From: Dimorphilus gyrociliatus
Lineage: Eukaryota > Animalia > Annelida
Direction: 5' to 3'
Length of the DNA: 64,000 bases
NCBI GenBank assembly: GCA_904063045.1
Contig: CAJFCJ010000019.1
Span: 3,416,684-3,480,683, forward strand
Of this stretch, positions 55,140-64,000 are shown piece by piece. The position numbers and the translations under genes were made by a program. The notes beneath the pieces were generated by a model. It saw only the letters and a list, made by a program, of their open reading frames with translations. It ran no database searches and had not been told where the DNA came from. How positions within the stretch are numbered: the first letter of the stretch is position 1; each line of letters begins with the position of its first letter.

Positions 55140-56208
55140 ATAGAAATTGGATTTCCTGACCTGTGATAGATATAATCTATATGCAAATATATTAAAACCT
55201 ATAGTTATATAGCGCATAAAAACAGAGATTGGTTTAAAGAATGGGTTTAGGTTGAAGAGCAAAAATTAATACCTAAACCTGTATTTAATTGCTGTTGAAA
55301 AAAAAACTCTGCTTAAACATTGCAGCCTACTTTTAATGGTTATATTTAACGTTAATCGTAGTTTGTACACGAATACCTTCCATGCTATTATACTATGTAA
55401 TCGAATAAATATAATATTTCATTATATATCTCATTAAGTGTCTTTAAACAGTAAAATAGTGGATATAACTACATTAAAATGTTAAGAATTGTAATACGAT
55501 TTTCTTTACTTTTCTCAGAATTTTTTTTTAATCCTCTCCATTGAAATAGCTAAGTAAAAGAGCAGAACAGAACTGTACACAGGCTTAATTTATTACTTAT
55601 ATTACAGTTTGATTTGAATAGAGAAATCAATTAAATTTATTATTTTATAGACGAAATTTATGAAAAGCAGGAAAGAAAGTTGAACAACAATAAAACCTCT
55701 GTTTAAAACCAAATTTTTCCCATTTGCATACTATCTCTACTCCTTATCCGTTAGGTAGCGCTCAAGGGTTACCTTTTAATATTCGTAATGGAAAGAGTTT
55801 AAACAATCATGATTTCGACTTGAAGGTTACTTTCTAACTATTTCCGGTTGATTGCTCAGGGTGTTTTATTCGAATAATTTATGCTTAAAGGATTGGAATT
55901 TGAAAAATATGGGTAGGTTCTTCAACCTAACATTGAAATAATGCATGTGAGAAATGTCATTTCTTTCAATCTTCTATCATAAAAAAGATTGTCAGATAAA
56001 TGGGCAGACACCTAACATAGAGAAAAGCATATTCTGCTTTCAATCAGAATTTCCTAAGCTGCACTGGTATGCGTAAACATAACTAGGCCTACTTTTACAC
56101 TTCTGTATCGCTTTCCAGTTCTCGCTTATCAGCTGCACCTTGCAGTGCATAGGTCTGGAATATTTTAACTGTGAAAATTTACAGAATTACGAGTTTTCTG
56201 GTTATAGT

Positions 56209-56655
56209 ATGGATAATATAACTTATCTGCAAAACACGGAATATCCAAGTTCTCTAGAAAGGACAAGTCAACGAAAGCCAGCTGATATTTATACATCGCA
56301 TTTGAGTGTTAAAGAAAGAGCTTACGTCGAAGTACAAACTCCGTTAGTAACTCCATTCCCTACGTTGGATGATGAAGAGCCAAAATTAAAAGAAGAAGTT
56401 ACTTGGAGATATGTTCCAAATAGACATAGTTACTTTGCATTTGCCATAATAGTGGCTATCTTTTTTAATTGCCCATTGGGGATTCTGGCTGCTTGGATGA
56501 GTGTCAGTTCAGCTAAAAAAAGGATGAACGGAGAAAAGTATGCTGCAGCGAAAAGGGCAAAGTTGTCGTTGTGTATATCTCTTTTGGGAATATTTATTAG
56601 TAGCATAACTGTTGTGCTTCTATTATACTTTTATATTCGTAATAATCCAAAGTGA
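56209..56655 (+). CDS. CD225/dispanin family membrane protein (start uncertain)
   Basis: C-terminal two hydrophobic segments: AIIVAIFFNCPLGILAAWMSVSS...G...AAAKRAKLSLCISLLGI. The first in-frame ATG is at 56209; the track start is TTG. Confidence 0.72.
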   Translation: MDNITYLQNTEYPSSLERTSQRKPADIYTSHLSVKERAYVEVQTPLVTPFPTLDDEEPKLKEEVTWRYVPNRHSYFAFAIIVAIFFNCPLGILAAWMSVSSAKKRMNGEKYAAAKRAKLSLCISLLGIFISSITVVLLLYFYIRNNPK

Positions 56656-56956
56656 TTCGAGTGTGCTGTGATTCTTTTATTAATGGAGAGACCAAGCTCT
56701 CTATTTCATCATTCTTTATTACTTTCTAGAATAATTTACATTTTTCTCATTGGCGAAAATATTTTATACGTGAAGAATGAAGAGAACTTTTGTTTCTATA
56801 TATAGTTTAGATTATTGTCAATTATATTTAAATAATTTAGAGCAAAAGGAAAGTTGTAGGTAAATGACTATTTTTATTAACTGATGTTAAATTTTTGTTG
56901 CTATTCAACGTGTACCAACTGTGCTCTTTTCTCTTTCCCTTTCTCACTTTTATGTT

Positions 56957-56990
56957 CGTATATACGTATATACGTATATACGTATATACG
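56957..56990. repeat. (CGTATATA)4CG self-complementary tandem repeat
   Basis: Directly visible; the 34-bp array is its own reverse complement. Confidence 0.85.
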
Positions 56991-57026
56991 CAGCTAATGT
57001 GTAAGCATGCACTTCAATGCTATACC

Positions 57027-57160
57027 TCTCTCTTCCTCTGCTGCCCTCCCCCCTTCCTCTCTCTGTCTCTCTCTATCTTTTCTTTTTTTCTCTATCTGTT
57101 CTTTTCATTTTCTCATTCGTTCCCCTCTCCCTTTCCCTTCTCCCTCCACTCTCTGTTTTC
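57027..57160. repeat. CT-rich polypyrimidine low-complexity tract
   Basis: Almost only C/T on the + strand; source of the F/S/L/P-rich spurious ORFs 56895 and 57007. Confidence 0.8.
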
Positions 57161-57633
57161 ATTCTTTCATATTTTCGCTCAATCAAAAATTAATTTGTAC
57201 TCATTTATGCTTTGTTCTTTTCAAGCCAGCGGAATAGAAAACGCACTTTACTACATATGTTACAAAGAGAGATCCCGTATACTCTTTATTAATTATAATT
57301 TAGATAAAAAATTTTCTATTTAAAAGTCAAACAATTTTTTATTTGGAAGTTAACAACACTTTTTTTGTGTCAGTTTAATAGTTCATAGGAAGAGAATAGA
57401 ACGTTATAAACATTTATTCTTATCAGTTCTTTTTTATTTGTTCTTTATTTTTTTACAAACTAAATATCATTTAAAATATTTATTCTTTAACTTAAAAGGA
57501 GGAAGATGAATTGAAATCTTCTTTGAAAAAGCTCGATTTTAGAAAAATTTTGTTCTATTCTTTATTTTCAAACTGAAATCAAGAGTACCATTCTATTTAA
57601 TTTCTCTTATCCTTACTTCTCTGCATAAGATTC

Positions 57634-58020
57634 TTAATCTGAATGATTAGAATTGTTCATAATATATCTATTGTTTGAACCGTTAAAATTTGAAGTGTTA
57701 TTGTTTGTCAAACAACAACAAATAACGCAACAGCAAGGATATTTGCAACACTTTAAGCAAGGTGGAGAACAAGTAGGGCAAATACAACGTCCCGGAGGTA
57801 GGCAGAGAATGCAAGATGTACAGGGTACACAGCAAGGTCTGGGAGAGCAGGGAGGTGGATAAAATGGTTGTGGAAAACAATTTGATTGCGCTTCCATCAC
57901 AGCTGATTGATAAGCAGTACAAATATTTTTAGCTCTAACTCCAATTGTCTTTCCAGTAAAGTATGGGCTTGTTCTAGCCCAGGATGAGGAATCTATATCG
58001 TTATTCCTATGTCCAGACAT
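57634..58020 (-). CDS. Small Cys/Pro-rich protein (128 aa)
   Basis: 20 Cys, 18 of them in a 46-aa core. GC-richer than its flanks, with a strong upstream donor AG|gtgagt at 58457 consistent with a 5'UTR intron. Confidence 0.62.
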   Translation of the reverse strand: MSGHRNNDIDSSSWARTSPYFTGKTIGVRAKNICTAYQSAVMEAQSNCFPQPFYPPPCSPRPCCVPCTSCILCLPPGRCICPTCSPPCLKCCKYPCCCVICCCLTNNNTSNFNGSNNRYIMNNSNHSD

Positions 58021-59352
58021 GTACTCCGTTTTCTTTTTATAATAATATCAAAGTAGTAACAACGATTAAAAGATTTTTATGTGCCTTGCACGCGCTTTTG
58101 TATTCTAATTCTTTTTGTTCTTTTTGATATGATTTCTTAAAATATTTTGATAATAAAAAGGTCTTAATTCTAAAATATTATCTTATTTTATTATATTCTT
58201 ATTATTATTATTATTATTATTACAGAAACTCTTATGATAATTTTAAATCTTTTTATATGAAGTCATAGTTTAATTTACTGTATTTATTGATTCGTAATGA
58301 AGAATTTCCCCAGTCACTATATATAAATTAATTGTCTAATTTTCTTTTAACTAAATTTAGCACATTCTCTATAAAGTTCTATTAAAAATATAGGAAAGTT
58401 TATTTTATTTAATTCTTGTCAACTTAACACCTAAATTGATAAACTAATTAAACTCACCTATCCAAATTGCCAAAAAATCGAATACTATACACTTATAATG
58501 TATTTTTTATTGTCTTATTGACTGGATAATTTGGAAAGAAATTTTTAATGTCAAAGAGCAAATTCTTAAATACGAAACATTTAAAAGATTATAAAAAAGT
58601 ATTAGATTATACGTTAAGAATCTTCAATGTTTAATGCATCATCCATGAACTGCAAATTGATTAAGGAAGTGCTAATTAATTCAATTTGCTGACTTAAAAG
58701 TTAATTGTAGGCTTAGTGATAATATATAACATTGATGAACGTATAATCTTACAGTAAAGTTTGATCCTATATTTATAGCTCGCGCACTAGGTGGTTCAGG
58801 TAAAATATCAGTATAAACTATCAAAATACCCGACTACTGTATGTAGATCTGGTTTGTTTTCAAATTTTTTTAGATATATTTTTTTATTCGGCACATAGAT
58901 AACAACTTAACACAAGACTTTCTGTAATAAATGAAACAAAGAATAAATTTTCCGAATTTGATTTTAAATATTCCGAAATAAGTATAACGCTTTAAGCAAC
59001 TTATGAATCATTTCTTGCCAGAAGTCAAACATATAGAGTGCTATTAAGGGTCTAAGGAAATATACAAGGGATTTTTCGATGGATGTATGAAAAAGCTGTT
59101 AATGGCCAATGGCGATCTTTTTTTCACAACTACGGATGCCATAATTCATTGACTTTGCGTCAAAAGTTTGTGAAGCGCCATCTTTAGGAAACATTTGTTG
59201 CCAATTGTTTTCCTAATCCACTCAGTTTAAGATAAGAAATTGTTTAAGCTTTATGCCTCTATAGATAAGCCAGTAATATTTTTTTTTTTGTAAGCAAAGG
59301 GCACAGAATCATTGATCTCTTAATACTGGTCAGATATTCAGTAGAATAGATG

Positions 59353-62300
59353 TTAGTTCAAATGTTTGCGAAGCCTTGGGAATTGTTGATGCAAACTTTC
59401 TAAGATTGTAGGGTTGTTCTTTCCCATAGCATTTAAGAGAAAAATAACCGCCGCTTTTCCTTCCTCATTCATGTCTTCATTTTCAAAGAAAGTTGGTAAG
59501 ACTGGGGCTAGCTCCTCAAAATGTGGAAGTACCGAGTTTGCTCTTTGACATATTCTAGCCAAGCATATGACGCAAGTATTATTTTCCACTGGATCGTCTT
59601 CCAAAGGCAATGATGAAACAATAGTTTTAATAACAGAATCCAGAGGTAAGCAGTCGCCGATTTTCGAAGCTACTCTAGCCAAGGCTGCGACTATTTGGTC
59701 TTTGCATCTGGGATTAGATTCGTTTTGTAGCAAAGAAGACAATGTTGAATATATTTCTTGATTAATAGCGGGCCCCAAGTTTCCGTAAAGTACCAGCAAG
59801 CCAAGACCATAAATAGCATTATTACGAACGTCGGTGTCGTTGTCAGAGGCCGATGACAAAAAGCTGTCTTTGGCAGCAAGTACAAGCTTTTCAAGATTTG
59901 CTGAAGTTTTACCCTCTCTTTCCAATTTCCTTCCCAAAGTTTCAATACTTTCGGCTATACATCCTATTGCAAAAGCTTTCTCTTCATTCATATTTTGGGA
60001 CTTCATGTATTTATCAAATAGAGTGCTTAAGCTAGCAAAATAGCTAAGAAAAGTATCGACGTCTAAATGCTCAGCAAGAGCTGGTAGTATTTCTCCAGCA
60101 GTTTCCAGGAGTAACTCGTCGTCTTCTTCCTCTTCTTCATCATCTTCTGTCTCTAAATCAATCACTTGACAAGGAAGTTTTACACGTAATACATTTCTAA
60201 CAAGATTTAAGGATGTATCTGTAATTCTTTGATCTCCAACCAAAATTTGTCCTGCATTCTTGATTAAATAGGCGTAGGAAGAGAGCGCAGTAGTAACAAG
60301 AGTCTTCTCCTTTTGGTTGTTGATTGTTTCCGTGAGGCATGTGACAACCTCCATGCATAGTACTCTAACTGCATTTTGAGAGCTTTCATCTCCACCGAGT
60401 TTGGAAGCTGCAACAGCCAACTTACTTATGGATTCGATGGCAGCCTTCTGAACAAACATGTGATTTGACTTAGTTAGATCACGTATAATTTTAAAACTTT
60501 TCTCCAAATAAGGAGCAAACAGAGGGCCAGTAGATTCAGCAATATCGGCTAGATTGATGCAGGCATCCTCTTTTTCATCTAAATATGGGTTTTCGACATC
60601 AGTAAGTTCGTCGTCATCATAATCCTCCTCCATAGTTTCAATTTCTTTCTCCAAATCTGCCAGAGAACTCATGGTATTTTCCATGCCTTTACCAGGTCTA
60701 TTCATTCCTTCTTGACTATTAAGTGCTATGATCATTGACTGAACAACACGTTCTAAATAACCAACTGGGAAAGATGTTTTAAGACATTTAGCGATTGATG
60801 CCCAAAGACCATGGATAGCTCTTCTTTGATCCGGATCTGAAGCTGTTGATTCGATTTCAAAAGCAATCCGAGCAGACTGCTCAATAATTGCCCTGTCATC
60901 TTCGCCTAGAACATTCCTCACAATTAAGCTAAGGGTTTCGATAGCTTGTGCTTGACTTCTTATTTGCTCTTCACTTCTGACAGAAGGTGCAAAATAACTC
61001 TGAAGATAATGTAGAATCTTCTCTACAAAAGGTGCTAGATTTTTTCCAGCTGTTGCCGAAACTGCTCCAAGGGAACTAAAAACGTAGGTTCGAACTGAAT
61101 CTGATAGCGATGGTATTTGTAATACCGATAATAAGGTATTGGTTACAGACTCCACATATGGAGAAAACTTTTGCTGCGACATATTTTCGCAAAATGTTTC
61201 AATAGCATAAAATACTTTACTGTGGGCTCGAAGGCTATCAGAAGTCAACTTCCCCGATATCTTTTGGGGATCAATTAAAGATAGTAGAAAAGGAATAATA
61301 TCTGAAGCATGATTACTTATATCTGGTTGAAGACAGAGGCACATTTGACCGAGCATAAACATAGCTCCATTTTTAACACTTTGAACCGTATCATTAACAG
61401 CTTGAGAAGTAACTCGCATTAACGATTGGAGATGCCTTTTTCTAACATATTCTGAATTTCCTTCAACGGCAAGGGCTAAAGTTATAAGTGCTGTCCTACG
61501 CTGTATAGGATCTTCCGATGCAAGCATTGGCTCCACTCTCTCAAGTATTGCAGGCATTAATTGGTTACTAGGTAAATTATTGCACATTGATAGAACTAGC
61601 TGTATAGACATAAACAAAAAGATTAAAAGCTTAATTGGTAAACGAACAGAAATATGTATTTTAGTAAGTATCCTAATTCTAACAATCTTTACCGAGGATA
61701 TTGCATAATCCATGCTACTTATATCTTCTGAATTAGATTTAAATAACTTATCCTTTAAGAAATGCTATCAATTCAACTGAGTGATTTAAAAACTTAAAAC
61801 TTACCACTGCCGTTTCCCTAGGCAATACATTTTCATCATCGTCGTCATCAGGGTCAACTTCACCCATTATTTTCATAGCTGCATCCAACAGGCTATCCAT
61901 TAATTTTTGCTTAACGACAAGCTTTTTCTTTCTCTAGATAGATTTGAAAATAAATATAATTTAGCATAAGAATAATGTACGCTCATTCATCAGCTACCTT
62001 AACAATCCAGGATAAATAAGTTGCAGCTCTAGCTCTTAAACTTTCGTCCAAACTCTGATTATTCATTATTCCGAATAAAAGTTCAAAAATTGAACCAATA
62101 AAGGGCTGTATTATTGGAACTTCATATTCAAATAAATCATCGAAAACTTCAAGAGATTCTAAAGCCATAGTTTCGTCCGTTTCGATTAATTTGTTAATTA
62201 CTCTAATTATTTCTGGAATAAGGGCTCTAAACTTTTTCTGCAATAAGACATGAGTTATTTAAATGTTTCGACGTTGGTTGTACTTAACTAGGCAGTCACT

Positions 62301-63138
62301 TTCCACGTTTACGACAAGGTGTTGAGCTGTTCTGAAAAATAAACAACTTATACTATAAAACAGACCAGTTCGCTACTCTTCGCTACCACTGATAAAATGC
62401 TTCCTATTCTAATTATCAGACAAATTTATAAAACAAAATCATGGCCAAATAAATAAATTCAACTTGCTTGATAGTGTAGAAAAGAATTCCTGGTTCAGCA
62501 TCCTTTAATCTTTCGTTACAAAGTGATATTAATGTAGGCATTAGAGGGAGCAAGCTATCCGTTGCATAATCTGCCACCAAACTCAAAACCCACATTCCTA
62601 GTTCTCTAATGTTAGCAGCTGAGTTAGAGCAAGCTTCATGGAAGAAGTTCATCAACTCTGGCCAATCATGTTCATTTACTCCGAATCTAGCAATGCTACC
62701 AATTAAGGCAACAAGAGACTTTTTGACAGGCTTTCTAAAAAGAAAAGGAACAGTAAAGTGAATGTCAGAAAGCTGTAAGGCAAGCTTACGTGTTTTCAGT
62801 ACAGACGAGTTGAATTGTATCTTTTCTGAGGATAGATTTAATATCACAGTGCATTGAGTGCCACTTTTCTTCTTTTGCCACGCATTTTCTCAGCAATATG
62901 CAAGCATATTGACGTATACCATCATTTTGATGTCGAAGAAGAGAGCAAAGAGCGCTAACTCCTTCCTGTGTGTCAATAGCCTTTGATATTTGCCTAGAAA
63001 TCTGAAAAGCAGAAGACCACGTGTAGCCGGCTATCATAAAAACTTGACAAAAAAACATTTAAATCTTACTTCATATATATGGGCATTGTCACCACTAAGT
63101 ATTTGTAACAAGAGTTTCTCCAATAGTTCTGCTGCCAT
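59353..63138 (-). CDS. IPO4: Importin-4 (HEAT-repeat karyopherin-beta)
   Basis: N-terminus MAAELLEKLLLQIL...IRQYACILLRK, WPELM, SLEVFDDLFE, V(K)NGAMFMLGQ...LQPDIS, YLDEKEDAC, EEKAFAIG, DVRNNAIYGLG and LPLEDDPVEN; the pattern fits the IPO4 subfamily. Confidence 0.88.
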
Positions 63139-63296
63139 TTTCTAATACTTATTTTGTTTCAAATCCGTAGGAACGTCAAAAATGACATCATTTACGATTT
63201 TATCCCTTGTATATAGGTGGCATTAGTTTTTGCACCAACTTCCGTCGTCTGCTTCGTACGACTGCAGAGTGTATAGAGAAACTCCACTCGGTTTCA

Positions 63297-63789
63297 ATGA
63301 GCAGCTTAATTCCGTTCTGCTAGTATATCATTGTCGTTAAGTCTTAAAAGTTTAATTGTTTGGAATTATCTATATACTTCATTAGTAACTCGTCTATAGC
63401 AGATGTCAGACAATGCAGAGAAAATACGTTAAACAAATTAGTCAAATACAAATTTTAAATCAGCTGTCTTCCCAAGAAGAAAGCACCGACGATTTTGAAT
63501 TTAATGAAATACCAGCAAATGTTTTTGCACAAGACTTACAAAAGTTGATGTTGAGGTTTGTTCTGATAAATTAATTTTTTTGCAAGTTCATTTACATAGA
63601 GGAAGTGTATCTTTAAATTACGTCATAACAGACTAAGAGGAGAGAATATATCAAAGAATGGACGTTTTGTTCAATACGCTAAGCTGCATGAGTCAGAATT
63701 ATATAAAGACTATAAAAAGAAAGCAATGGCTTTAAATTTTATCAATTTATCTGGGTTATCAGAAAATCAAAAGAAGGCGTTTTTCATAA
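63297..63789 (+). CDS. DUF547-like protein, partial (continues beyond the window)
   Basis: Three in-frame exons: MSSLIPFCY|RCQTMQ...LQKLMLR|LRGENISKNGRFVQYAKLHESELYKDYKKKAMALNFINLSGLSENQKKAFFI. This resembles the DUF547 L..L...EKKAF(F/W)IN lead-in as I recall it. Confidence 0.6.
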
Positions 63790-64000
63790 GTATCCTTTCA
63801 CAGAAAGCAACTACGCATAGAGTAGTCCATTGAATCGTATATAATAAAAAAGAGTTGGCCTATTTTTATTATCTAATCAATTGTATAACCAGGTATTGTA
63901 TTCGATACCTTTTACTAATTTATATGACAATTAAAAATCGACAAACCTCATCCCATTTGGTTTGTTGAATTTGGTTTTGAGGCTAAACATTGTAGTTTAC

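Noticed and set aside
56895-57323. 142-aa and 76-aa hydrophobic ORFs
   Set aside because: Products of the CT-rich tract and the CGTATATA repeat.
61690-61702. ATATCCTC on the minus strand of IPO4 as a possible AT-AC U12 donor
   Set aside because: Every downstream AC gives an immediate stop, and ordinary GT-AG splicing (donor 61804 or the nearby GTAAAG to the tatacag acceptor) explains the frame. The exact exon structure here is unresolved.

Overview
AT-rich, very gene-dense animal genomic DNA with mostly 45-100 bp spliceosomal introns. A compact invertebrate, probably spiralian, genome is inferred; the species cannot be determined from sequence alone. I could reconstruct about 20 protein-coding genes and one tRNA. 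In order: uncharacterised 11+-exon gene (-), LACTB (-), receptor guanylyl cyclase (+), MIF-like (-), MFSD5 (+), sacsin (-), NAXD (+), TMEM98 (-), DDRGK1 (+), PYCR (-), TRPA1-like (-), DEG/ENaC (-), ELOVL (-), tRNA-Arg(ACG) (+), anoctamin (-), OGT (-), ALG8 (+), single-CUB membrane protein (+), CD225/dispanin (+), small Cys/Pro-rich protein (-), importin-4 (-), and a partial DUF547-like gene (+). Most short ORFs in the track are antisense shadows, intron read-throughs or (TA)n artefacts. No transposon, CRISPR or rRNA was seen. Three signals stand out. (1) A 1,149-bp OGT intron at the position of the O-GlcNAc-regulated detained intron 4 of mammalian OGT, carrying a candidate poison exon, a nested micro-intron, a 12-copy UGCG array and hairpins. 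(2) A minor-spliceosome (U12-type) intron in ALG8 that only restores the frame with non-canonical GT-AT ends. (3) A ~4,118-aa sacsin that stops just before the J and HEPN domains. All exon boundaries were read by eye and family calls come from remembered motifs; no database search was run.
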